Assembly (NCBI GenBank): GCA_964016885.1
Contig: OZ024740.1
Span: 227,044,001-227,108,000 of the forward strand
Length of the DNA: 64,000 nucleotides
Direction: 5' to 3'
Source of the DNA: Eledone cirrhosa
Lineage: Eukaryota
The position numbers were made by a program, and so were the translations under genes. The notes below the pieces were generated by a model. The model was not told where the DNA came from, did no database searches, and saw only the letters and a program-made list of their open reading frames with translations. Shown in pieces: positions 1 through 14,921 of the stretch (the first letter of the stretch is position 1; every line of letters begins with the position of its first letter).

Positions 1-53
<53 letters not shown>

Positions 54-104
54 TATATACATATATATATATATGTATATATACATATATATAACATATA
101 TATA

Positions 105-152
<48 letters not shown>

Positions 153-168
153 CATATATATATATATG

Positions 169-264
<96 letters not shown>

Positions 265-535
265 GATATATATATATATATATATGTAAATGTATGTGTG
301 TATATATATTATATATATATATATATGTAAATGTATGTATATATATATATATATATATATATGTAAATGTATGTGTATATATATATAATATGTATATATA
401 TATATATAATATATATATATATATTTATGTATATACATATATATATATATGTATATAATATATAATATATATGTATATTAATATAATATATATATGTATA
501 TATATATATGTATGTATATATGTATATATAGATAT
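1..535. repeat. (TA)n/(TATG) microsatellite; representative of dozens of such tracts across the window
   Basis: Directly visible dinucleotide repeat; source of the spurious YIYI ORFs. Confidence 0.98.
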
Positions 536-580
536 ACCGTCTAACCCATGCTAGCGTGGAAAACGGACGTTAAACGAAGA

Positions 581-624
<44 letters not shown>

Positions 625-658
625 AAATGTATGTATATATACATATATACATACATTT

Positions 659-706
<48 letters not shown>

Positions 707-710
<4 letters not shown>

Positions 711-1004
711 AACGTTGGAATATGTATAATAAAGCCAAAACAATGCAGGTATGGACATAGCAAAAATAATGCAATTGCAAAAGATATTGTTGACAAATCG
801 TCTTTTACCTTAGATTTATTTAAATGTCCTTAATTTTCGAGATAGTATCTCTTCTTCAGAGGGAAATAAAGGTCTAAACCAGCGTTCTAAATATCTTACC
901 AAGCCATGCTGACATGAAATAGTATAGAGTATCGCTTTATTATACATATTCAAACGTTTATACCTCATTACACAATGCTTCAAGTGAACTATAACCTCCT
1001 CCAC
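707..1004 (-). mobile_element. PLE-like non-coding insert in (TA)n with ~29-bp inverted repeat and hammerhead
   Basis: IR arms ~707-735 (aacgttggaatatgtataataaagc) and ~934-962; TA tracts on both sides; HHR inside. Confidence 0.65.
810..877 (-). ncRNA. Minimal type I hammerhead ribozyme
   Basis: Minus strand: cct CTGAAGA a gagat-act-atctc GAAA att A agg; palindromic AATT stem III; distal stem I helices tttattt/aaataaa and ttaga/tctaa. Confidence 0.7.
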
Positions 1005-1023
1005 ATATATATATATATATATA

Positions 1024-1105
<82 letters not shown>

Positions 1106-1229
1106 TAATAAAAATAATGAAATAAAAACAAAGAAACAGTTCCTTATATTAAAAAATTCATCATTTTACGATCGTTCTCTAAGATATATATGTTTGTGTT
1201 GGTATGTATATCATATAGATCTATGTAAA

Positions 1230-1365
1230 ATTTTTACAAACTATCAGAGGGAATATACATACCTACACATATATATGCTGTCTTCAGAAATAATATATAG
1301 ATTATTTCTGAAGACAGCATATATATGTGTAGGTATGTGTATTCCCTCTGATAGTTTGTAAAAAT
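1230..1365. repeat. 65-bp fold-back inverted repeat with 6-nt spacer
   Basis: 1230-1294 is the reverse complement of 1301-1365 with one mismatch; contains CTGAAGA. Confidence 0.9.
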
Positions 1366-1465
1366 GTTTATATATAAATGTGTGCATGTATGTTATATAT
1401 ATACATACTACTGTACGTCTGTATACATATATGTATGTACGTATACATAAATACATACTTACATT

Positions 1466-1512
<47 letters not shown>

Positions 1513-1542
1513 CATACATTTACACATATATATATGTAAATG

Positions 1543-1582
<40 letters not shown>

Positions 1583-1725
1583 CATTTACACATATATATA
1601 TATGTAAATGTATGTATATATATATATATATATATATACACATACATTTACACATATATATATATGTAAATGTATGTATATATATATATATGTAAATGTA
1701 TGTATATATATATATATACACATAT

Positions 1726-2219
1726 AAAACATGGGACGAGCTGATAAATTCCGACCTCACACGCTTACACCGCTCCAAGACAATGTCACTGGACCGAGAC
1801 CTTTGGCGGTACTCAGTAATAGAGAAGACCCGCCTTACCTAAATACAAAGTAAAAACCTACTACAGTCAGTAGGCATCTCTAACAAAATACACCCCCACC
1901 CCATCCACACCGCCCCTTTCAATGTAAAGTTATGTTGGTGCCACAACATCCAGGCCGAAACAAATGAGATCGTGTAGGTGTCACGACAAAAAAACACACA
2001 GTCCACGCTGTAATGTGGCCGTGTAGGCAACACGGTAAAAACCTCCCAGCCCCACACTGTAAATGTGGTTGGTGTTAGGAAGGGCATCCAGCTGTAGAAA
2101 ACCCGCCAGACAGTCCTATGCGAGCAAGACAACCACTCTTGCCTCAAGTGGGAAAACCCCCGTCCAAACCCATGCAAGCGTGGAACACGGACGCTAAACC
2201 TGATGATGATGATGATGAT
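1726..2219 (+). mobile_element. 5'-truncated RTE LINE copy (ORF end, 3' UTR, (GAT)n tail)
   Basis: Encodes [11 protein letters not shown]...; closely matches the 3' end of the element at 9453-9960. Confidence 0.9.
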
Positions 2220-2344
2220 ACACACACAACGCTGACAAACATCACACACAGAGGCTTATATACATTCATCAAATATATTATCATCATCATCGTCATTTTA
2301 ATGTCCACTTTCCCTGTACCACACACAACTTCTATCATTCTTTT

Positions 2345-3074
<730 letters not shown>

Positions 3075-3109
3075 TATATATATATATCAGACCCTCCATC
3101 TCAACTCTA

Positions 3110-3145
3110 CTTTTGAAAAGCAGAAGAACTGCGAAACCGGTAAAG
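3110..3145 (+). ncRNA. Minimal type I hammerhead, U3-A8 core variant
   Basis: ctt TTGAAAA gcag-aagaa-ctgc GAAA ccgg T A aag; palindromic ACCGGT stem III, GUA triplet; identical copy at 27044-27079. Confidence 0.65.
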
Positions 3146-3290
3146 GAACCAAATAAATATATATATTTTTTTTAAAATAAGACTCCAGTTGCATTTTCAA
3201 TTTCATCTTTTTTTCTTTATACTTTCACTCGTGTAGAACACCTCAGTTATTTTTAATTTTGTAAAATACCTCACTTTCTAATATATATAT

Positions 3291-3632
3291 GCAGGCACAT
3301 GGCTTAGTGGTTAGAGCATTGGCCTTGCAATCGAAAGGTTGTGAGTTCAATTCTCAGACCAGGTGATGTGTTGTTTCCTTGAGCAAGACACTTTATTTCA
3401 CATTGGTCCAGTTAACTCAGCTGTAGAAATGAAATGATACGGACTGGGGTCCCTATCATTCCACTGTAAAGTGGTAATGGAGGTGCCATGGCCAAAAAGC
3501 ACCCAGCACTCTCTCTAAATGAGGTTGGTGTTAGGAAGGGCATCCAGCTGTAGAAATCAAGCCAGAATCAGTTCCCGTCCCACCCTTCCAAGCAGGGAAA
3601 AGCAGACATAAGATGATGATGATGATGATGAT
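3291..3632 (+). mobile_element. tRNA-derived SINE with CORE-like body and RTE-derived tail (family A)
   Basis: A box TGGCTTAGTGG, B box GAGTTCAATTC, ccttgagcaagacactt core, RTE 3' UTR tail, (GAT)n; other copies at 9147 and 56899. Confidence 0.9.
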
Positions 3633-4055
3633 ATATATATATGTGTGTGTGTGTGTCTGCGTGTGTGTGTTTGTGTGTGTATAAATATATGTGTATATTC
3701 TTATCAAAAACCCTCCGTCTGATCTCTCTCATTCTTTCTTTCATTCTATCACTCTCTTTCTCCCTTCTTCTTTCTCGTCTCTCATTCAAAAAATTGTAAC
3801 TCTTCCTTATACAACTCCAAATACATTCACCTATATTTACTTGGAATTCCATTCACCGTCACCTCCGCAATTACTACCAACAATTTTTTTTTAATTGCAT
3901 TTTCTTGTTTCATTTTAGTAGGAGGATGGAGGTAAATTCTTTTGTAAATTAAATTAAGTTTTTTTAACTCCTGTTTCCATCCCATTGTTTCCTTTTCTGT
4001 TTCTTTCTCTTTCCTTCTTCAACCTCTATCTTATCTTTCTCTCTGACTTTCTCTC

Positions 4056-4125
<70 letters not shown>

Positions 4126-6258
4126 ATATGCATATATGTATGTATATATATGTATATATATATGTATATATATGTGTATATATATATGTATATATATGTG
4201 TGTGTGTGTGTGATTGCAGTAAAGGAATTTATATTAACAAAATCGTCTTTAATAAAACTAGAATAATTTATGTATACATACATATATTTAACGTTTAGTT
4301 AGGGAGAGAACGGAAATGCTTAGAACCCATACAGACATATTCATATTGTCAATGTGTAGATTAATAAATCTTTACTTATAGTTTAATAACTGAGTAATAA
4401 TAACCTAAACAATCTCCATATTGTATAAGAGCTACAGTTTCTACAAAAATATATTTAAGTACAAAAAAAGTTGTTGAATTTCTAATGAGCTTCCAGTCAT
4501 GTGCATTGCTTCAGGGATGTTGTAAGGCATGAAACCCTTTTTAAATCCTTATGGTAAAGCTTGGCTGCTTCTATTGGATTGTCTTTTGACTAAGAGTTTA
4601 TGTATGTGATAGAAAATTATGTGGAATGATTGAGGGGAAAAGATATATGAGGTCCACAATTTTAATTAATAAAATGTTTTAAGAAGGTTATAGATTTAAT
4701 CTGTAAAATATATTGTGTGTGATATTGTAGAAACAATCATCATCATTCCATCACTATTTAATATCCATTTTTCCACACTAGCATGAGTAAACTGTAAAAC
4801 AAAAGAAAAGTTTAAATTAGAACAAATTGTTTTGCCATTTAATTAGGGGAAGGAAGAGTATTGTTCATGGCCCATAAATTGGTAAGAGGAAAGGACAAAG
4901 TTATCTCCAGTTTGGAAACCTGGTTTGTATGCTTACAACAGAGTGAACTCTGCTAAAGGCACCTAGGATCATAGGCTAATGTTAAACTGAGTTTCAGATT
5001 AAGTCTACCATGCAAGAACTCAGAGCACAAAGCTTCGAAACAAATACACAAATATCTTCCCAATTCAATATGCTGGATTGGATTGAATTGGTACTTTATT
5101 TTATCAATCTAAAAAAGAATGAAAGACAAAAAGAAATTCATGGATATTTATACTCAGAATATAGAGATGGAACAAATACTCCACTGCATTTATCAAACAC
5201 TCTTTCAGACACACCAAGTTTCTGCCTTGCGTTATAAAAAGAGTGTATACTAATGTTATAGTAGTCTATTTAATCGAGTAACAGTTTACATTTCTAACAT
5301 TTTAGTACTACTTATTGAAATAGCAGCACTTAGTTAAGAGTTCTGATCTAGTATTTAGATTATTCATGAAATGATATTATTCAATATAGACCTCTTTTTC
5401 AGAGGTACATAAGTTATATTTTTTGTTCCACTGATATAGGGTCTGTATCACTGTAGGATTTTTCACTTGATGTTGAGAACATTATTATGCTCTTTTAAAT
5501 GACATGTAATTTGATAATGTTGATATATTCATCTTTTCTAAACTGAAGAGTGATATATGATTGAAACAGCATTGTTTAAACCGACTTCCCACTATGCCAA
5601 TGTAATGTTTACACTTTATAGTGGGTCTCTGTTTAGCAAAACTACTTCATATATTATCACTTCTGTATTGCAAGACTTATTCAGTATAATTACAATGGAG
5701 TTTCTGCTTAAGTAGTTAGTTTCTATTTATTTTGTTGGCATATATTCCTAATTCGTATTAGGATATAACTAAAGACACAGTGCATATCCTATTGGGGCTC
5801 TTAAAACTTCATTAAGATTTGAGGACTGAAGGAAGAATCGTTGAGAAAATTATGATGGTTATTGCTTTTACAAGAAAATTACTGATGCAAAAATTAAGTA
5901 AAATTATTTTAATATTTACAGCCAATGAATCAAAAGGTTCAGAAGAGCATCCAACATTGCTTTATAGAATTCAGTTATATTACTTTATATTCTGAATTCA
6001 AATTCTACTTTGATACACTTTGCATTTCATCTTACCAGTGGTTGAGAAAAAAGTACCAGTCAAGTTCTTATGAGCAGTCAACGGGATAAGCACTAGTGAA
6101 GCACCTGGGTGGGTGTAATTGGTTGTTTTTCCCACAATTCCCCATGAAAATACCACCCTTATACCTACGTCAGAATTCGTTATTAACATCACAAACTATA
6201 ACATCCATAGCAACTGAAAAAAAGCAATAACAATAAGAATATAACATAGTAATCCTAG

Positions 6259-6321
<63 letters not shown>

Positions 6322-6757
6322 CAGCAGCAGCAGCAGCAACATAGCACGAAGAAAATAATATTAAAATCGATATCGGTAACAAGAAAGAATATCAAGAACA
6401 ACAATATCAACATCAATGACAACAACAACAACAACAACAACAACAGCAATAACAAAATCTTCTATAGCATTGATATCAAACCCAATAACAAAAGTATGAA
6501 ATATATAATGCCAGCTAAAATCTAAGTAATATCTACAATATCAATAATATACCACAAAAAAACCCCACTAACATCAACAACAACATTGATAGCTATAATA
6601 ACAACTGTTACACACCCCAGCAATCATATCACATCTGTTTATATCTCTTCTTCCACCAGATAATTTACTTTCTCTTTATTTATGATACCTATAAATGTTG
6701 ATTGTATATCCTTGATATCATCACAAGTGTATATATATATATATATATATATACATT

Positions 6758-6788
<31 letters not shown>

Positions 6789-6858
6789 TTAAGTTCTTCT
6801 ATAAGTTTTTCGCTATTTTTGTCTCACCATACATACATACTCATACATGTGTATATAT

Positions 6859-6935
<77 letters not shown>

Positions 6936-7160
6936 CGTATATATATGTATATATACATATATAGATATGTTTATATGTGGGTGGGGTGTACATATATAAA
7001 TGCATATATATATGTATATATATGATGTATATATATATATATAAGATGTATATATATGATGGATATATATATGTATATGCATATATATATATGATGTATG
7101 TATATGATGCATATATGTATATATAATATATATGTATATATATATATAAGAATATATATA

Positions 7161-7211
<51 letters not shown>

Positions 7212-8792
7212 CATACATATATGTATATATATATATATATCATCATCATCATCATCATTTTACGTCCGCTTTTTTCTGCTGTATATAAACATATATGTGT
7301 ATATATATATAATATATATGTATATATACACATATATGTGTATATAGATATATAATATATATATATGTATGTATGTATATATTATTTGTATCAGGTCTAT
7401 AATTCTTCTTATGCACAATCATATCTCTCCATTCTGTACAACCGTTCCTTTTTTCCCCACACTCCTTCCCTCTACTGCCACCACAGGTATCTTTTTCCCC
7501 ACACCCATACCATTATTCGACCTTATCATTTCCCTAATGGTGAGAGAGTAATAAAAAGATGAGATAAAAAAAAAACTGGTTAAAAACAACTTTACTTTTA
7601 GCTTTCATTTGATCCCTCCTCGGAATCCTGTTTATCTCCTATGTATATGATAAATATAAAAACATAGAAAAACATAGAAAAGATGGAACTTTATATTTAC
7701 AGATAATTCTATATGAAAACTATAATACTTTACGCTGCAACCTCTATACTCAATTTCAGTTTTTGTGAGAAGAAAAATCTATCTTAGCTATATTAAAGTA
7801 TTTATGACAAATCTGTTGGATCTTTTTTGTGTTTTTTTTTAAATTCTTTTAAAGAATTTTAGCGCTACAGTCTAGGTGATTTGTCCTACAGTAGTAGCTT
7901 TGTAATATTTAACCCTTTAAAAGTAGACTTGGTAGAGCATAGGGCAACATCCCCTGCAGTATTTGTTTTGGTTTTCTGTGTTCTAAGTTCAAATTCTGTC
8001 AAATATTTCATAAAATGTATCTTCATAGTAAAAATGTGGTAAAATGTATTTAGAATTAAATTTCTATTTAAAGTTTCAAATATTTCCCTTTTCCGTATTA
8101 ATACTATTTGGGAATATCATGATTGTCACACATTCTCATTTCTCCTCCCAGGACACATCTGAGTTATTGCATATCTACATACATCAAATAATACTATTTC
8201 ATAATTATTTCAATCAGTGTCCCAGTATGGCCATAGTCTAATGACTGAAATTTATAAAAATGTAAAAGAATAATATTTTGTCCAGAAATTCTTTCTTCTA
8301 AAAGACTTTAGGGAAAAGTTGATAAATTCAAGGAACCTGAAATATTTTGTAAATACATTCTGTTGTATGTAAGCCATTGTAAGTTCGGATGTATCACATG
8401 TTCGTGGTTTCCAACAAATATGCCAATGAAAAATAATGACAGTAAATAACAGATAATAATGGTATTGCTGTGAAGAAAACCCTGGATAATCACTGGAAGC
8501 AAGCCAGTATTGCTGTTGGCTGTAATTTTCATCTTTAGCAAGGATGCATAAACATCTGATTCAAATGTCAGATAAGGCTTTCTCCAAGAAGTAACCTTTT
8601 CACCAGAATATATTCACAGTACAGTCACTTATATATCTACATTTTAATTTTATTGTATGTTCTTTGGGAGCATAGAATTTGGGGGAATAGAGTTGTCCAC
8701 AACAACAGGAGACATAAAGTATGTGATTACGTTAATGCATCCCAAGAAAACACAACTTGCATTACTATGAATATTTATATATATATATATAT

Positions 8793-9017
8793 TTATTAAA
8801 CTAACAGATTAAAGTTTAAGCAAAGAATCGCTGTTTTCACCCTTAACAGGATCTTCTGAAGATCCCGTTAAGGGTGAAAGCAGCGATTCTTTGCTTAAAC
8901 TTTAATCTGTTATTTTATTAAATCTTTGCTCTACAGTTCATATATATATTTGATATATATTTATATATATTTATTCTTATCGAGCCCTCTTTGGATTTTA
9001 GTCTTCCAATTTATTAT

Positions 9018-9022
<5 letters not shown>
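8793..9022 (+). mobile_element. PLE-like fold-back insert (55-bp arms centred at 8857), same family as 14421-14885
   Basis: Near-perfect palindrome 8802-8912; shared right end gagccctctttggattttagtct; TA flanks. Confidence 0.75.
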
Positions 9023-9109
<87 letters not shown>

Positions 9110-9111
9110 AA

Positions 9112-9146
<35 letters not shown>

Positions 9147-9149
<3 letters not shown>

Positions 9150-9409
9150 TCCTTGAGCAAGACACTTTATTTCACATTGCTTCAGTTTACTCAGCTGTAG
9201 AAATGAGATGATAGGGATTGGGTCCCTATCATTCCACTGCAAAGTGGTCATGGAGGTGCCACGGCAAAAAAGCACCCAGCACTCACTGTAAATGAGGTTG
9301 GTGTTAGGAAGGGCATCCAGCTGTAGAAATCAAGCCAGAATCAGTTCCCGACCCACCCTTGCAAGCAGGGAAAAGCGGACGTGAAATGATGATGATGATG
9401 ATGATGATG

Positions 9410-9410
<1 letters not shown>
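9147..9410 (+). mobile_element. 5'-truncated SINE family A
   Basis: Near-identical to 3372-3632. Confidence 0.9.
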
Positions 9411-9442
<32 letters not shown>

Positions 9443-9452
9443 AATATATACA

Positions 9453-12400
9453 TATCATCAACATCATCATCGTTTAACGTCCATCTTCCACGCTTGCATG
9501 GGTTTCGACGGGAATTTTCCCACTTGAGGCAAGATTGGTTGTCTTGCTCGTATAGGACTGTCTAGCGGGTTTTCTATGGCTGGATGCCCTTCCTAACACC
9601 AACCACATTTACAGTGTGGGGCTGGAAGGTTTTTACCGTGTTACCTACACGGCTATATTACAGCGTGGACTGTGTGTTTTTTTGTCGTGACACCTACACA
9701 ACGTCATTTATTTCGGACAGGATGTTGTGGTACCAACATAACTTTACATCGAAAGGGGATGTGTGGATGGAGTAGGGGTAGTGGGACGGGGGTGTATTTT
9801 TGTTAAGAGGTGCCTACTGACTGTAGGTTTCACTTTGTACTTAGGCAAGGCGGGTCTTCTGTATTACTGTGTAGCGCCAAAGATCTCGGTCCAGTGACAT
9901 TGTCTTAGAGAGGTGTAAGTGTGTGAGGTCGGAATTTATCAAGTCGTCCCAGGTTTTTCTGGGTCTGCCTACTCCGTGGCTACCGTCTATTTTTATCGCC
10001 CTGCACTTTGTTATACAGCTGTCGTCTTTCATGCGCATCACGTGACCATACCAACGTAGCCTTCTCTCGAGTAAACAACATCTGATCCCTCTTATTCCTA
10101 ATTTCTCCCTTAGTTCATTTATTCTTTGCCGTTCACGTATATTACTATTACACATCCAACGGAGCATGCAAGCTTCGTTCCTCTCCAGTCTGCGTATATC
10201 CTCTGCACACAATGCCCAAGTCTCACTGCCATGTAACATTGCTGTTTGTATGCAGGCATCATACAGTCGGCCTTTCATTTTTAGAGAGAAACTTTTAGCG
10301 GCCAATAGTGGTATAAGCTCTCTGAACTTTTTCCATCCCGTTCTGACTCTAGCTACTGTATTTTCAGAGCACCCTCCACCACTGCTGATTTTGTCACCCA
10401 GGTAATGGAAGGTGTCCACTATTTCTATAGATCCATCTGTGGTCACTTGCTGCTACTTATTGCACCTGAGCACCGGCCACATATAAAATCTATATTCTTA
10501 GTTAGCTTACCTGTGATTCCACTACATCTTTTATGCACCCATACATTGCATTTGGGACATAAAATGGAGTTTTTGCCTACTCCTTTCCTACACACTGAGC
10601 ATGGCCATTTCCCAGATGGGACCAGTGCCATTTTCTTTCCTACAAACTAGAACTTTAGTCTTAGACAGGTTAATTTTAAGGCCTTTTGATTCTAGGCCAT
10701 GCTTCCATGTTTGGAATTTCTTCTCTAGTTCAGCCATTGATTCAGCTATGAGCGTTAGATCATCTGCATATAGGAGTTCCCATGGGCAGCCGGTCTTGAA
10801 CTCCTCTGTTATAGCCTGAAGGGCAATAATAAATAGACGGGGCTAAGGACGGAGCCCTGATGAACGCCAAATTTTACGCTAAACTCTTCACTATATTTGT
10901 TGTTAATTCTAACCTTGCTGACTGTTTCTTTATACATGGCTTGTATAGCTCTCACATGCCATTCATCAACACCTAGTTTGGGTGTGGGACTCTGTCAAAG
11001 GCTTTCTCCAAGTCTACAAAAGCTAAGTATAGGGGTTTACTTTTAGCTAGGTACTTCTCCTGTAGTTGTCATACAATGAAAAGAGCGTCTGTGGTACTTT
11101 TACCTGACACAAACCCGAACTGCATTTCATCTAGATGAATTCACTCTCTGATTAGTTGCGCTATTACTTTTTCTGTGACCTTCATGACCTGGTCAATTAA
11201 TTTAATGCCTCTATAGTTTCCCCTGTCTAGGGCATCTCCTTTACCCTTGTAGCAGTTAATGATGATGCTGCTATGCCAGTCCTTCGGAACGACCCCATTC
11301 TGTATGACTTGGTTTACTATCCGGGTGACCATAGTGTGTCCCACCGTTCCAGATGCTTTCAGCATTTCAGCAACTATCTCCGAAGGCCCAGCTGCCTTGC
11401 CTGTCTTCATATCTTTGATCGCCTTACTTATTATACTACCTTCAACTTGCACTGCTGGTCCCTCTATTGGATCGATGTGGGTGAGACTGTCTTTCTCCCA
11501 TTTATTCTCCTCATTTAGTAGCCTTTCGTAGTGACACTTCCAAACTACCTTCTTATCAGCGTCAGTGATGGCAAGTACACCATCATCATTAAGGACACAC
11601 TTGTCCCTGACAATATCACAGTTTTCCTTGACACATTGCCTAGTAATCCTGAACACCTCACGTTTTTGGTCCTCGCGTTGTAGAACATGCTTGAACTTTC
11701 TTTCCTCTGCTTCCCTTCTTGCAAAGTACACTTGTCTTCTAGCTTCCCTCCTGGCTACTTGATAGTCTTCTCTACTTCCCCCATCCCGCCATACTTTTCA
11801 AGCCTGCTTTTTGGCTTTGATTGACTCCTCCACCTTACTGTTCCACCACCAAGCTACTCTCCTCCTGTCTATAGGTCTGCTCCAGCCACAGATTTCATCT
11901 GTCGCCTTCAGCAGGTTAGCTTTCAGGAATTCCCACTGTTCCTCTATATTGCTCTTCCTTACTATCAAAAGCATCAAGTAATATGCTTTTAAATTTATTA
12001 CTGGCTGTGGGGTCCTTTAGCTTCCATATTTTTCTCCTGAGGATAGTCCTCCTCTATTGTCAAGTACGTCTCGTCCTGACTATTAGGTCGCTAATCATGA
12101 GTCTATGTTGAGAGGTGCATTCTTCATGGGGGAGGGATTTAGTGTTTACAACAGACACTCTGTCACGTCTTCTGGTAAGGATATAATCTATCTGGCTGGT
12201 GTGTTCCCCTGATCTATAGGTGATCAAGTGATTGTCTCATTGTTTGAAGTTAGTGTTACAGATAGTTAGGTTATTTGTGTCACAGAATTCCAGGATTCTG
12301 GAGCCTTCCTCATTTCTAGTACCAAACCCATAGCCTCCATGGATTCCGTCATAGCCATCACAATGTTGTCCAATGTGACCATTTAGGTTGCCAGCGATAA

Positions 12401-13407
12401 TTATGTAGTCACTGTTGGTTATTTGGGAGGTAGTGAGCATTAACGACTCATAGAATCTGTCTTTTATAACGCCAGGCAGTCCGGATTGGGGTGCATATGC
12501 AGATATTATTGTCACAGTAGTTCTATTGAGGACATGTCTTATCTTAATTATTCTGTCGTTCACTCTATTTACGTCTATTATCTTATCTGCCCACTTTTCT
12601 GCTACCATGAATCCTACTCCACCCAGCCCATTGTCATTTCCCACCCAGAAAAGCTTATAGCATCGTTTTTTACCCACAATGAATCTAGCAGACCCACCCC
12701 TCCACCTGGTCTCTTGAATACAACAAACATCGACCTCCTTACGTTCAAGCATTTCTACAACCTCGTTAGAGCGACCATTCATGGTACCAACTCTGAAGTT
12801 TTGGATTGCGTTTGGAGGGTGGGAACGGTGGGGTGCGGGGGGGGGGGGGGTTATGTTAGCCATCCGCGGACGAAATAAAGAGGAGGACTCCTTGCATTCT
12901 CGTCCGGCAGCATGAGGTGAATTTGTCTTTATCTTCGGCATTGTCACTGAGTGTCCAGATTTTTTCTTTACAAACTCTCCAGAATTCCGTAGTCCATCCA
13001 TCATATCGAAAGGCAACCAGGTCTAAACTTAAGAAGTGATAGCATAGGCTGCTGACTTATGATTGGTCCACGTAATAATGGTGGTGAGTTAGAGGCGGGT
13101 GGGAGGGATATGGGGTAGTTAGCGAGAAGGTTTAAATAAAATCCTCGAATTTTGGGCATAATTGAACAAGCATATATAACAGTAATAAGACAAGAATTAT
13201 GGGATTTTAAAAAATACATGAAGATTGTTTTGAACAATCAGACAGAATTATCGAATAGCATTGAAAAAGCAAAGATTGGATTCGGGATGAAATGATACAG
13301 ATAGATGAATGGACCGGGTAAAAAATGGAGAGAAGAGTAAAGAAAAGAGCATTTGTATGTTACATTTCGCCGAGCGAGCGAGCAGCCTAGCCAGGAATAG
13401 GGATTGA
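9453..13407 (-). mobile_element. Near-full-length degenerate RTE-clade LINE
   Basis: APE endonuclease, RT with LYADDL (~10757-10774), C-terminal RRLRWYGHV and GRPRKTW motifs, 3' UTR, (GAT)n tail; 5' end abuts (TA)n and is inferred. Confidence 0.93.
9841..13016 (-). pseudogene. RTE ORF (APE endonuclease, reverse transcriptase, PHD-like finger), broken by stops and frameshifts
   Basis: ORF fragments 12237-13016 (CIQETRW, SAYAPQ, GNLNGH), 11141-11731 (KGKGDALDRGNYRGIKL), 10443-10631 (C4HC3), 9841-10446. Confidence 0.92.
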
Positions 13408-13482
13408 TATATATATATATATATACATAGATATATATATATATATATACATATATACATATATACATACATATATACATCT

Positions 13483-13972
13483 GCATAAAAAGGTGCAGAG
13501 CACTAGAAGTCGATGGAAACCGCGGAGTGGGGAGACCCAAGATGACCTGGGATGAGGTGATAAAAGCCGACCTTACCCAATTACACCTCGCAAAGGCAAT
13601 GACACACGACCGTGACCTCTGGCGTCATGCAGTAATACAGAGTACCCGACCTCCCATGGGTACAAGCTGAAGCATATAGACAATATGCCCCCACACCCCC
13701 CACCGCAAGGTGGTCGTGGAGGTGCCATCGCAAAAAAGCACCCAGCCCACACTGTAAAGTGGATGTGTAGGCGCCACGAAAAAGCACCCAGCACTCACTG
13801 TAAATGAGGTTGGTGTTAGGAAGGGCATCCAGCTGTAGAAATCAAGCCAAATCAGTTCCTGTATGAGCAAGGCATGGTCAGCCGACCAGACACTGCCCAC
13901 AACAGGACAACCCGTCTAACCCATGCTAGCGTGGAAGAACAGACGTAAAACGGTGATGATGATGATGATGAT
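13483..13972 (+). mobile_element. 3' end of a second RTE subfamily
   Basis: Encodes GRPKMTWDEVIKADL...DRDLWR; its 3' UTR is shared with SINE family A; (GAT)n tail. Confidence 0.88.
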
Positions 13973-13986
13973 ATCCATATATATAC

Positions 13987-14041
<55 letters not shown>

Positions 14042-14056
14042 TACATATATATATAC

Positions 14057-14101
<45 letters not shown>

Positions 14102-14200
14102 CATATATATACATATATATACACACATATATATATATAATATATATATATATACATATATATATTTACATATATATACATATATATACACACATATATG

Positions 14201-14244
<44 letters not shown>

Positions 14245-14320
14245 TGTATATATACTATATATATATATATATACTGTATATATACTATATTTATATATAT
14301 ATACTGTATATATGTGTGTG

Positions 14321-14921
<601 letters not shown>

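Noticed and set aside
3291-3365. tRNA gene (also 56899-56970)
   Set aside because: A and B boxes are present but the cloverleaf is poor and the sequence continues into a SINE body and LINE tail
7596-7626. Minus-strand CCGAGGA..GAAAGCTA minimal hammerhead
   Set aside because: Stem II essentially absent and stem I only 2 bp
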